DNA of 63,877 bases, counting the filler, from Chiloscyllium plagiosum (lineage: Eukaryota), in assembly GCF_004010195.1 (NCBI RefSeq). It is 5 parts of one record of this genome, joined end to end, with 100 filler letters (N's around TTAATTAATTAA, not from the genome) between each part and the next. Parts side by side here need not be neighbours in the genome. Positions count along the whole stretch, not along the records: positions 1 to 22,558 come from NC_057715.1; 4 more parts are not named here. One strand, 5' to 3'. Numbering within the stretch: the stretch's first letter is position 1; every line of letters starts with the position of its first letter. Of the stretch, positions 1 through 11,689 are shown piece by piece. The notes under the pieces are model-generated. The model saw only the letters and a list, made by a program, of their open reading frames with translations, did not search any database and was not told where the DNA came from. The position numbers were made by a program, and so were the translations under genes.

Positions 1-36
1 TTGTGCAGTCCTTGCTTGGGACTGATGCCTAAGTGT

Positions 37-629
37 AAGACAACGGGACGAGGACATTCCGCAACCCAAAGGACTAGCCACACTACCATACATCAGGAGC
101 ATTTCAGAACTGACAGCCAGACTACTGCGACCACTGGGACTTATAACAGCACACAAACCAACAGCCACCCTCAGACAACAACTCACCAGAACGAAGGCCC
201 CGATACCCAGCATGAGCAAAACTAATGTAGTGTACAAAATCCCATGCAAGGACTGCACAAAACACTATATAGGACAAACATGAAGACAGCTAACGATCCG
301 CATCCATGAACATCAACTAGCCACGAGACGCCACGACCAGCTATCCTTAGTAGCCACACACGCAGACGACAAGCAACATGAATTCGACTGGGACAACACT
401 ACCATTATAGGGCAAGCGAAACAGAGAACAGCCAGGGAATTCCTAGAAGCATGGCACTCATCCACAAACTCCATCAACAAACACATCGACCTGGACTCAA
501 TATACCAGCCACTACAGCGGACAGCTGAAACTGACAACCGGAAGCGGCAGGGACAGGCCACTATAAATGCCGGAGGAAACACTACAGAAGCGCTTCACAG
601 GAGGCTCCCAAGCACTGAGGATGTCACCC
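37..629 (+). mobile_element. Penelope-like element 3' part (GIY-YIG endonuclease), truncated inside the hammerhead motif
   Basis: Translates as LATLPYIRSISELTARLLRPLG...NVVYKIPCKDCTKHYIGQT*RQLTIRIHEHQ...AREFLEAWHS (GIY-YIG). Ends at ctgaggatgtcacc. Confidence 0.9.
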
Positions 630-868
630 TTTTGAAATCCAAGCTGAACCATTCATTATTATATTATATTTTCTAGATGTTTGTATATTCTCTGTTGAAG
701 TATGGATGGATTCCATTGTCCTTCTTCAGAAGCGCTTCACAGGAGGCTCCCAAGCACTGAGGATGTCACCCTTTTGAAATCCAAGCTGAACCATTCATTA
801 TTATATTATATTTTCTAGATGTTTGTATATTCTCTGTTGAAGTATGGATGGATTCCATTGTCCTTCTT
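585..868. repeat. Perfect 142-bp tandem duplication (585-726 / 727-868)
   Basis: Two identical copies of cagaagcgcttcacagg...ccattgtccttctt spanning the PLE/flank junction. Confidence 0.95.
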
Positions 869-2694
869 ATTTCCTATGTTATACTGTCTGGTTAATAACT
901 CCTGGGCTTATTCTGTCTCCCATGTTAAATATAGGAATAAAATTAACTAACACTAGTCTTTTGACATTTCATCTTTTTCTAATGAAAGAAACATGAGTCA
1001 AACTTGAAATTAATATTCTACTTGCAATAGAGTTCCATTTTCAGACATAGGAGACAGGTTGGACCAGTTTGACTCATTTAGTCTTGTGTTTCTTCACTTA
1101 TTTCTCTCAAAATGGTTAAATATGTGTAGCCATGTGTCTGTCATCTCTTTCATAGATTCTTTAAAATTCATACACATGATTCATTCACATCAGAGGCTTT
1201 ATGTTTTTGTAAATGTGATTAGTTTATTCAGTTTAGCCTCCTTTTAAAGAAAATGCATTGAAATCATTACTCGTCACATCATTCGTGCTGTGGATACACA
1301 TTTTACCTCCCTGGAAAACAACTAAATGGAACAATAATTTATAAAGTCTACCATCTCTGGTTTTGGTTGTGATATTATCCTGCCAACCACAAATGACACT
1401 TTTCCCATCCAGCTTTACATTTTTTATTTTATTTACATTCCATACTTATTAAATTTTGTTTCATTTGCATTCCTATTTTTTTTTACTTCTCTTCAAATTT
1501 CTTTGTATTGCTTCTTATTATACACTTCTTTGTTGTCCATGTAATTAATGGACTCCTCTTTGCAGTAACCCTCAGTTGTTTCCTAATGTCTTTATTCATC
1601 AACATTTAGCTAGTTTGCTGAGCTCACCGTATTATTGCAGCTGGATTCAGACAATGCAAGGCTATTCCTCTGCTGAGGTTGGCACTGACACCATGACTTG
1701 TGCGTGTTAAATTAGTACTTATGTGTTATTTCAGTGGTACTTTATCTATTGTTCTAGGTTAATGCCAGTGCTACAATAATGCTAAGTGAAAAAAAAACAC
1801 AGGCTCTTGATATTGGAAGAGGCTTAATTAATTATTTGAATGCTTAAATATTTAGATTAGATAAGTTAGACTAAAGTATCAAAACAAATTGAAGGGTCAG
1901 AATGTAGTACCACTCTGGATTGAGCTCAGATTGAACAATACCTGCTTACTTTTCAAGGTAGTCCACAAACATTGTTCACAGCATTCACCAAAAAGAGCTT
2001 TGAACTGATTTGGTGAATTATTAATGCATAATAATTCATAAAAAACAACAATTGTAAGTTATTTTCTGAAGAACTGAGTAGAATAGCCCCTCTTGAAATG
2101 AGCCCAAGTATCTAACTTATGTATTTCACTCTATTTGTGACTGTAATTTATTCTGGTTTATCAATTAAACTGAAAGGGGAGGAGTGATATACCTCAGCAG
2201 TTTTAAATGAAGCCTAGCCCATCAACTCAGCAAATTATGTATATGAAGCCCAGAGAACCAGTGTTAATTTAAAGGACATTTATTGCATGATGGGAACTGG
2301 CATAATTTCATCATTATCCAGAATGCCACAACCATGACATCAAATGTTATGAAATTGATGTCTCACTCTGTTTATGAATAAACAGAAACAGAAAACATAG
2401 GGATGCTTTGACAAGCAGCACCTGGTCAGAGTACAAAAGCATTTAGTATTTCATACATAGATGTTTCCTCAAAACTGAAAGATCTTGTAGATGAACAGCA
2501 CTTCAAAAAGGAAAAGAATGAGGAAAAATGCAAGAGAGTAAGGCACAATAAGCACACTAGAAAAAAATAAATAGGATGAGTCGTAATGTTCTAGGGTAAT
2601 GATAACACGACATGATGAAATGGCTGAATTCATATGTATATTTCAGAAAAGGGTAGTGAGAAAAATCACGTAAAGATACATCCAAGTATCAAGG

Positions 2695-3020
2695 GAAAAC
2701 TGATGGTATAGTGATAATATCACTAGACTAATAATCCTTATGCTTGGGGGTATGGGCTCAAATCTCACCTTACTAATTTCACCAAAAACTATGGAATTGA
2801 AATGGTGTAGAAATTGTTAAGGTGTGAATCCATTATCAACTTTTGTTAAAGCCCGTGTGATTCAATTACGTCCTTTAGAGAAGGAAATCTGTCATCCTTA
2901 CCTGGTCTGGCCAAAGTGTGGCTTCAGACCCACGCTAGTGTGGTTAACTCTCAACTGTCTTTTGAAATAGCTAGACAGGCACTCGGTTCAAGGAATGGAC
3001 AACAGATGCTAGCCTGACCG
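2695..3020 (+). mobile_element. Old tRNA-derived SINE with Deu-domain (SacSINE1-like)
   Basis: tRNA-like head (ggtatagtgataatatcactagacta) plus gtcctttagagaaggaaatctgtcatccttacctggtctggcc...cagacccac...gtggttaactctcaactg core. Confidence 0.65.
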
Positions 3021-3409
3021 CAAATGAAAGGAAAAACAAACAAAGGCTAATGGAAGCGTACAAAAGTGGGAAATATAGTCTCAGTACCTTTTTAAGAGGC
3101 TGTAGAGTGATCAGGGTTCAGTTCACATGACAATAGTGTTCCTTGAGCTCTCCCAGTTTCCACTCTAGCCTCCTTTGTTTTGTCTTCAGAATATTTCCAA
3201 TGATGGTCACAGTGAGCTCAAGGCAGCACATCATTTTTCTACGAGGCTTTTGCAGCACTCTCGCATTGATACTGATTTTAACAACTGTGGTTTTTAACTA
3301 TTGCTGACATTTTCCATGTGACAGTTGGTACAATTATTGTAGATAATTGTGCTCATGCTACATAGGATTTTGAAAGGCATGAACTGGTGGAAATATCTTG
3401 AAGTACTGT

Positions 3410-3740
3410 ATGAATGGTAGCTTGGGGACAAGAGCTACCCCGTCCATATGCATGTCGTCTTATTCCTCTCAGGAATCCATGTGCAGTAACTTAAGTTCAT
3501 AACTGAAGTAAAGCCTTCATTGAGCAGACCACTGGAATCCTGAAGCAATGAAGTAACTGCCTTGATGGATTTGGCAGCTTATTGCGATGCTCACTCACAA
3601 GGAATGCTCTGTATATTTGTGGTTTGTTATGTGCGACACAGCTTTGCCCAAATGGAACTCCATTAAACAATGAACTTCAGCAAGGTGACAGAGATCATTC
3701 TGATGATATAAAAGGGAGGGCTGCATCATCTGAAAAAAAT
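3410..3740 (+). mobile_element. Degenerate PIF/Harbinger transposase fragment (C-terminal DDE region)
   Basis: Broken-frame translation gives LGDKSYP...LIPLRNP...AFIEQTTGILKQ*SNCLDGFG...IFVVCYVRHSF, compared with the Harbinger/HARBI1 pattern LGDxGYP...TPLRNP...IEQTIGxLKxRFRCLD...CCxLHN. Confidence 0.65.
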
Positions 3741-3906
3741 CCTGCTCCAGGATTGCATTTAATCATATCCAAAATCTGCGTCAAGTCTTCAAGTTTGAAT
3801 ATACTGCAGCAACCAACAATATTCATGAAAAATAAGCTTTACTAAGTCACCAGCTACTGTAAGAACACTCCATGCACAAAGGTTTCAAATAGCTTTATTA
3901 ATTTTA

Positions 3907-4225
3907 GGGAAGCATGGTGACTCAGTGGTCCCTGCTGCCTCACACCGCCAGGAACCTGGTTTGATTCCAGCCTCAGGCAACTGTCTGCGTGGAGTTTACA
4001 CGTTCTTTCTGTGTCTGTGTGGGTTCCTGCAGGGTGCTCAGGTTGCCTCCCATTGTCCAAAAATGCGCACATGGATTGGCCATGCTAAATTGCTTATGGT
4101 GTCCAGAGATGTGTAGGCTGGATGGATTAGCCATGGGAAATGTGGGTGATAGGGTAGGGAGAATGGATCTGGGTGGGATGCCCTTTGCAGCCCTCATGGT
4201 CTGCTTCCATGCTGTAGAGATTCCA
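3907..4225 (+). mobile_element. HE1-type V-SINE (diverged)
   Basis: gcatggtgactcagtgg...ctgcctcaca...tggagtttacacgttct...ccatgctaaattgc. Confidence 0.8.
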
Positions 4226-4734
4226 CGTTCATTTCAAAGACCCTCACATTCCCTAAACTATAGTGATCAGATCTGAACACAATGGATATAGCTGAACAAG
4301 TATTTTGTAATTGTTTATAGACTGTGACCGAGTCTGATCTATGGCCTCGGATCTACTCTGAGCCATAAGCCAGCTTCTGGCCTTATTTGTGCCCTCTTTT
4401 GTAAAGGATCTTTTGAGTCCAGTGCAAGTTAGTTATCCTTGTTAGGAGGTTGAATTGTATCTTTTCTGCACTTGGTTCACAGTTCCATCACTGTAATGTA
4501 TTATCTCAGAAGTTAACAAACCGCACCTTCGCTCAGTAATTCCAAATGTGTGAAGGGTTACAATAATAACCAATTTCTGATTGTCAGTTAGGGTCATAGC
4601 ACAATGCATTTCTGTGTACCAAAGGCAATGCATATTAATATACAGGGTCTTGATCTGTACAGACAGAAAGAACATGTACACATACTACACCTGTTTCAAC
4701 CCAGCAAAATAGCTGAAGCCATTCACGCGCTCAT

Positions 4735-4990
4735 TCCTCACAGCATTATCTTGATCAATCAGAATCAGAGCTTGCCTGGTTTTAAATTTAGACAAAACTT
4801 GGCTATCAGCTATTACCATTAACTGATATATTCTCGATGACATGCCAATGTCAACCAGAGTTCACTTTGCCAACCAATTAGCATCTTATATTATAAATGA
4901 TGTTTTTTCTTATCTTTGGTTGTTTTTGCAAATTACACTAATGAGAGCAAAATGAAAAGATTTGTTAAACATAAGTAATTTTCAGCAATA
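4735..4990 (+). mobile_element. Old PLE-like 3' tail remnant
   Basis: ccaatcag-type motifs, tataaat and a degenerate hammerhead-like ctaatgagagcaaaatgaaaag. Confidence 0.35.
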
Positions 4991-6199
4991 GCTTTGAACC
5001 TATTTCAGATGGATTCATGTTTACTAAGCTTTTCTAATAGGTTTAAATGAAAGTCCTTCTTCTGAGAGTGATATTCTCCTTTTTAATACAAGTAATGAAC
5101 AAGCATTTCATTCTGACCGTTTTGTAACTAATCCTAATGGTTTGTGTATGGGCTACATGTACTGCAGCAAGGATTAGGTTTAGCAGGGCGATTAAAAGAC
5201 TGCAGGTTGCAACAGAGATCTGGTGGAGCTTATTCTGACTGAAGCCCCTCGATGTTGAAAACAGCTATATTCAATATTGCATATTTCAGTGCACAAAAAC
5301 ATAGAAAATGACATGAAGATTGGTACAAAACAATGTAGCAAATACATTTATGAACTTTTGCTAGCAAACATAGTAATGATTCGTCGAGTCAGTCCATTAG
5401 CAATAAAGTCATGCCCATCTGAATGACTGTTAGAATAAAAGATAAAGCTGACTGCTAAAATCAAAAAACAGTTATCCATATTTTTCCCATCTTCATTGCT
5501 GTTTTGTAGATTAGGAATATAGCAAAATATTTGTTAGTTCTCATCTGGTGTATTGTGTACAGTTATGATGCCATATTATGAAAAATATGTGAATACATTG
5601 GAGAGAGTGCAGAAGTGATATACTAAAATAGCTTCAAGAATAGAAAACACCATGAGAGAAAAAAAATTGAGAGGGCTGAGATTTAATTGTGTTCCAATGA
5701 AGCAAAGGTAGTACAACATACTACAGGCACAACACAGCCACGTTGAATGCCATTGTTGCAGTGAATAACATTGACAGGCTTCAGTCTGTTTCTTTATCAG
5801 TATATAAAGCTGATTTGAAGTGCAGACTTCCAACTTTATCCTTTCCAATCTAGTTTGCTCTAGTTTCCATTCTAGAACACTATCATGGAACTCTGTACAT
5901 CAACAAAACCCTAAGGCATTATCATCCAACTTGCAAGTTAGTTCCGTTAATGATATATAATGGCTCTTGCTGACTTTTTGAAAGTGCTGGGCTTTACAAA
6001 GAGTTCAGAAGACATGCTAAACTCTGGAGAGTGTAGTTTCAGCCATAGGAAGGTTTGCATTGCTGCAAATGGACTGTGAGAGTATTGCCTCCAGGTTATT
6101 TGGACTGTAGTTGTAATTCTAGATATAGACACAGGATCAGAGGTTAGCTTCTTACAGAGGAAAGTTAAGGAGGGGGAGGGGGCCTTAGTAGATATCTTG

Positions 6200-6440
6200 C
6201 TCCACCTGAGGGTTTACTTCTCTTACCTCTACCTAAGCCAGAGGCAGCGTCTCACAAAGGAGGTACTCACAGTATCGTGTCATCTCTTGAAATCACAAGC
6301 CTCATAAAAGGGAGGGCACTGCTGCCAGTGGACATCAAGTGATTGTGGCCCTGAATATTTCTACTAGCAGATCCTTTAATATAGCAAATACCTTGCAATT
6401 GTCTGTATATCATTGCATTAGAGGTGTCACACAGATGTCA
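6200..6440 (+). mobile_element. Degenerate PIF/Harbinger transposase fragment (N-terminal region)
   Basis: Translates as RVYFSYLYLSQ...RLTKEVLTVSCHLL...ALLPVDIK..VALNIF...LSVYHCIRGVT, compared with the Harbinger pattern R.TKE.V..LC.LL...ALPV..KV..AL.F...S.V..CIREVT. Confidence 0.6.
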
Positions 6441-6691
6441 GGAAAGGGGTCACAGAGATACTAGGAGAAGGGTCTTCAAAGCCCTGGGAAATAGAGCAGA
6501 GAAAAGTAGATGAGTACAACAGCACAGCAAACTTCTCACCTGACCTGAAGGTTTTCAGCTGGTTTGCTGTTTGCATTTGCGAACTACTGGCTGGCTTTAA
6601 GTTACACAGACTAACTTTACATAGTGCAGGCTTGATTTAAATAGTACAGGGTTGCTTTAACAGGTACTATTTGGCTTTAAATAATGCAAGA

Positions 6692-7454
6692 GAAAGTGAG
6701 GACTGGAGATCAGAGTCAGAGTGTGGTGTGGGAAATGCACAACAGGTCAGGCAGCTTCCAAGGAGCAAGAGAATCGAAGTTTACAGGCATAAGTCCTTCA
6801 TCAGGAATGAGGCTTTTGGGCCAATGGGGCAGAGAGATGAATGGGAGGGGGGTGGGGCTGAGGGCAAGGTAGCTGGGAATGTGACAGGTAGATGAAGGTG
6901 GGGATGAAAGTGATAAGTCAGAGAGGAGGATGGAGCAGATAGATGGGAATGAAGATGGACAGATCGGACCATTCGAGAGGCCGATAATGAGTTGGAAGTT
7001 TGGGACTGGAATAAGATGAGGGAAGTGAAATGTGGCAACTGGTGAAATCCACATTGATCCTGGCACCTACAGGACAAACACCTCATCTTTCTCCTTGGGA
7101 CCCTCTAAACACACGGGATCAATGTGGATTTCAACAGTTTCCCCATTTCCCCTCCTTGCCTTATCCTAATCCCAACCTTCCAACTCAGCACTGTCCTCTT
7201 AACTGGTCCTACCTGTCCATCTTCCTTCCCATCTATCTGCTCCACCCTCCTCTCTGACCTATCACCTTCACCCCACCTTCATATAACTATCGCATTCCCA
7301 GCTACCTTTCCCTCCCAGCCCCCTCCCCCTCCCTTTTAACTCTCAGCCCTCTTGGCCCATTCCTGATGAAGGGCTTATGCCTGAAGCTTCGATTCTCCTG
7401 CTCCTCGGATGCTGCCTGACCGGCTGTGCTTTTCCAGCACCACACTCTTTGACT
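6692..7454. mobile_element. Inverted (head-to-head) pair of Neptune-type PLE 3' ends with TSD
   Basis: About 6705-7060 is the imperfect reverse complement of about 7115-7454. Each arm carries a ctgatgaaggRcttatgcctg hammerhead remnant. Flanked by ttaaataatgcaaga (6677-6691) and tcaaataatgcagga (7455-7469). Confidence 0.85.
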
Positions 7455-7479
7455 TCAAATAATGCAGGAAATATCAGGA

Positions 7480-8270
7480 ATACTGTGAACACTTTTTAGT
7501 CCCTTATCTAAGAAACAATAAACTGGCGCAGGAAGCAGTTCAGAGAAGATTTGCTAAGCTGAGACCAGATATGGAGGGATTTTCTTATTGAGAACCTGTA
7601 CTCATTGAGTTTGGAAGAATGAGAAAAGACTTTGTTGAAACAAAGAAGATTCTTGAACACTTGACAGAGTAAACATTGTGTGGAAACAAACCATTTGGCC
7701 CAACAAGTCCACACCAACCCTCTGAAGAGTATCTCACCCAGACCCATTCCCCTATTACACCACATTTATACCCGACTAATGCACCTAACCTACACATCCC
7801 AGAACACTATGGGCAATTTAGCATGGCCAATCTACCCTAGCCTGCACATCTTTGGACAATGAGAGCAAACTGGAGCACCCAGAGGAAACCCACAGAGACA
7901 CAAGGAGAATGTGCAAACTCTATACAGACTGTCACCCAAGGCGGGAATCGAACCCAGATCCCTGGTGCTGGGAGACATCCACCATGCTGCCCTGAGAAGC
8001 TGTTTCCTCATGGGAGAGTCTAGGGCCAGAGGGCATAATCTGCAAATACAATGTCCATTTAAGAGAGAGTCGGGGAGGTAGTTTTCTGAAGATACCAGAG
8101 GACTGTTGATGTTGGGTTGTTACGGATATTCAAGGCTAAGATAAATTGTTAATCAGTACAGGAATTAAGGGTTATGAGGAAAAGCCAGGAAAGTAAACTC
8201 AAGAATTATCAGATCACGTTGAATGGTGGAGCAGAATCAATGATTTACATCTACTCCAATGCTTTATGGT
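7480..8270 (+). mobile_element. Old CR1 LINE 3' fragment with nested HE1 SINE
   Basis: AQEAVQRRFAKL / LYSLSL RT C-terminal remnants and a 3' UTR. Confidence 0.7.
7675..7992 (-). mobile_element. HE1-type V-SINE
   Basis: Reverse complement of the HE1 core (gcaatttagcatggcc, gagaatgtgcaaactc, cccagatccctggtgctg). Confidence 0.85.
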
Positions 8271-8322
8271 ATTAGGCTAGCTTTAAATAGTGCATATTAG
8301 CTTAAAGAGGTGTGGATTGGCT

Positions 8323-8826
8323 TTATGTTGTGAAACTTGAAAGGGTTCAGAAAAGATTTACAAGGATGTTGCCAGGGTTGGAGGATTTGAGCTACAGGGA
8401 GAGGCTGAACAGGCTGGGAATGTTTTCCCTGGAGTGTCGGAGGCTGAGGGGTGACCTTATAGAGGTTTACAAAATTATGAGGGGCATGGATAGGGTAAAT
8501 TGGCAAAGTCTTTTCCCTGGGGTCGGGGCGTCCAGAACTAGAGGGCATAGGTTTAAGGTGAGAGGGGAAAGATATAAAAGAGACCTAAGGGGCAACCTTT
8601 TCACACAGAGGGTGGTACGGGTATGGAATGAGCTGCCAGAGGAAGTGGAGGCTGGTACAATTGCAAGATTTAAGAGGCATTTGGATGGGTATATGAATAG
8701 GAAGGGTTTGAAGGGATATGGGCCGGATGCTGGCAGGTGAGACTAGATTGGGTTGGGATATCTGGTCGGCATGGACGGGTTGGATCTAAGGGTCTGTTTC
8801 CATGCTCTATGATTCTATGACTCTAT
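8323..8826 (+). mobile_element. CR1 (HER1-like) LINE 3' end, 5'-truncated
   Basis: ORF 8312-8740 (VKLERVQKRFTRMLPGLEDLSYRERLNRLG...RGDLIEVYK...WNELPEEV) and an (atgactct)n-type tail. Confidence 0.95.
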
Positions 8827-9714
8827 AAGTAGGGCAAGCTACCATTATGTAGTCCAGGCTTGTCTTATGAGGAGTGATCCTGGTTCCTCTGTTGGTGCAT
8901 TCAGCACAATCATGATAATGGGTAAGCAGCATGGCTATTGTTCAATGAGCCAGTTCGGAAACAATATGATACAACTTCATGACAGGTGAGACTTTAACCA
9001 GATCAGTTCTGGCCCAGCGAAGGGACATTAGCGGCTCATAGCATATTGATAAAGCTATAACGAGACATGGATTGCTGCCTGCATTACATTTAATTATCCA
9101 ACAATTGTGCTTCAGCACTACATGCTATCCAACTTAGTCCCTTTAAATACATGTGTGCATTACTGAATATAAAAATAGAAGCAGCAAGCATGAGGACAGT
9201 AGTCAACTGTAACTTAACACAAGAAAAAACATTTTAAGTGAAGCCACATACTCTGACTTAGCTTGTGCACCCTCATGGTAAATCATCATATCATACTGTA
9301 GTCATGATCATGAACAACAAGTTTAACTTAATTTATTGTGAGACAGTAGACTGATCATAATTTTTGCAAGGGGATGTTAGTCAAAAATTATATTCAATGA
9401 CATACTTGAGTGTTTTGGGACAAACCGTCTCCAGGAGCAGTGGTTCTGAAAATTCTATTGCAGTGTAACTTTGCACACCTGAGTATATGTGTGTGCACCG
9501 GTAATTTGTGATAGCTGATGTGATTGGTGACACAATTGTATAACTAAATTGATTTAGTCATTATGTCCCTTGTCATTTGTTTTGTAGGAATGGGCAAAAT
9601 ATGTGGCAACATTGTAACTTGAACAGCAATAAATCAGTTGACATTTAAGCAGAAGTCCAAGGGATATGTATGTTACTGATGTGAATGTACATGACGCGAC
9701 TTACATACTTTATT

Positions 9715-10220
9715 ATTAGAACATTGCCAAGGGAATAGAGCACAAAACTGAGGAAGTTGGGTTTTTTTACGGCAACTGCACAAAGCCTCAGTGAGACCAT
9801 ATCTGGCATAGTGTGCCATTTTAGTTGGTCTCCTTATTTAAAAAAGGATATAATTATGTAAGAAGCATTCAAAGAAGGTTCACCTGACTCATTACTCTGA
9901 CATAGGAATTAACTTATGAGGAGAGGTTGAAACATTTAGAGTTTAGAAGAATGTAAGGTGATCTTACTGAAATATAGGCAACTTGATAGAGAGGATAATA
10001 ACAAGATGTTTTCACCTTTGGGAGTAACAAGAACTAGTTGATGTAATTTCAAAATAAGAGGTTTCCCTTCTCTCAAAAGGTTTCCCTTCTCTTCCTCAAA
10101 AAGCAACACCCGATGAGCCACTGAATTTATTCAAGGCTGAGTTTGAGAGCTTTTTAATATAGAAGACTGTCAAGGGTGATAGGAGACAGTCAAGAAAGGG
10201 GAGTGGAGAATATAACCAGA
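9715..10220 (+). mobile_element. Old CR1 LINE 3' fragment
   Basis: LVRPYL..CA..WSPYLKKDI...QRRFT remnants; its 3' UTR resumes at about 11081-11130. Confidence 0.7.
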
Positions 10221-11080
10221 TCCGGCAAAATTTCTGGCTGTAAGAACTGCTCCTTTTTTGAGGTATTTTAGGTGTTGTAAAAAAGTCAAAACAACAGCAG
10301 TTTAAAAGGGAGAAGAGTGGACAAAGGAAGCACATGGTGAGGACAGTGCAGGAGAGAGAGAGAGAGGGAGAATGAGAACCTGCACAGTTACCGCCTTTGC
10401 TGTTTGAATTCATGTACCGCTGGACATCGGAATGAATCTGGGAAAATTAACAAACAGTGAAATTTACANNNNNNNNNNNNNNNNNNNNNNNNNNNNNNNN
10501 NNNNNNNNNNNNNNNNNNNNNNNNNNNNNNNNNNNNNNNNNNNNNNNNNNNNNNNNNNNNNNNNNNNNNNNNNNNNNNNNNNNNNNNNNNNNNNNNNNNN
10601 NNNNNNNNNNNNNNNNNNNNNNNNNNNNNNNNNNNNNNNNNNNNNNNNNNNNNNNNNNNNNNNNNNNNNNNNNNNNNNNNNNNNNNNNNNNNNNNNNNNN
10701 NNNNNNNNNNNNNNNNNNNNNNNNNNNNNNNNNNNNNNNNNNNNNNNNNNNNNNNNNNNNNNNNNNNNNNNNNNNNNNNNNNNNNNNNNNNNNNNNNNNN
10801 NNNNNNNNNNNNNNNNNNNNNNNNNNNNNNNNNNNNNNNNNNNNNNNNNNNNNNNNNNNNNNNNNNNNNNNNNNNNNNNNNNNNNNNNNNNNNNNNNNNN
10901 NNNNNNNNNNNNNNNNNNNNNNNNNNNNNNNNNNNNNNNNNNNNNNNNNNNNNNNNNNNNNNNNNNNNGCTGGGTGCTGGCATGTGGGACTAGATTGGGT
11001 TCGGATATCTGGTCGACATGGACAGGTTGGACCGAAGGATCTGTTTCCGTGCTGTATATCTCTATGACTCTATGACTCTA
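10221..11080 (+). mobile_element. Probable full-length CR1 (HER1-like) whose body lies in the 500-N gap
   Basis: 10221-10468 matches the 5' UTR of the element at 14948-19770; 10969-11080 is the same family's 3' UTR with a ctatgactctatgactcta tail. Confidence 0.75.
10469..10968. other. Assembly gap (500 N)
   Basis: Run of exactly 500 N. Confidence 1.
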
Positions 11081-11689
11081 CAGAACAGGATCGAAAGGCC
11101 GAAGGGCCAAACCCTGTTCCTGAGTTGTGTTCCAATGAAACCAAGGGGTAAAAAAAGAGTCTTTGACTTCATCCAGATTGACAAAATAAATTGGAAAATT
11201 AAACTAAAATGTATGGTTGGGTTACCAGGTGAAATGGTTCGTTAATAAAGCAAACTGGGAAAGCAAATCATCTGATACTGCACATTTTTTTTGTCAAAGT
11301 CCTCTCAAAAAAATCAAGCTTTACGCTTTTCCTTCTTATTTCATTATTCCATTTCAGAATTAGGAGACCACAGAATGAAAATGTGATTGAGTAGGAAATT
11401 GGCCTTTTTGTCCCTGCCCATGGCTGCAATTTCTCTCTGTCTACAAATGCTCAGCACGTTGGAGAATTCCTGCCTCACTCACAAAGTAGTGCCAGTGGGC
11501 AGAGAGCTCCAGACACACCTTGTAAGAAAATCTTTAGTTATGTAAAATAGCTGAGCTCAGTGACCCTGCCATACAGAAACTTTTGGAGCAACCTCAATTC
11601 AGCAATTGTCATTGAAAGCAGTTCTTAGAAAGTTCCCTGTATTGAGGTATTGTCTTATAAGCAAAGATTAAACAGTTTGTGACTTTACT

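Larger units (their letters stand above)
6589..8880. repeat. Degenerate 20-bp minisatellite (approx. ctggctttaaatagtgcagg) interrupted by nested TEs
   Basis: Units at 6589-6690, 8277-8325 and about 8826-8880 keep a 20-bp period. Confidence 0.55.

Noticed and set aside
4338..4366. Small hairpin tatggcctcgga-tctac-tctgagccata
   Set aside because: Short and imperfect; expected by chance and without a recognisable RNA motif.
10432..11067. Long ORFs of 178-211 aa in the ORF track
   Set aside because: They are translations of the N gap.
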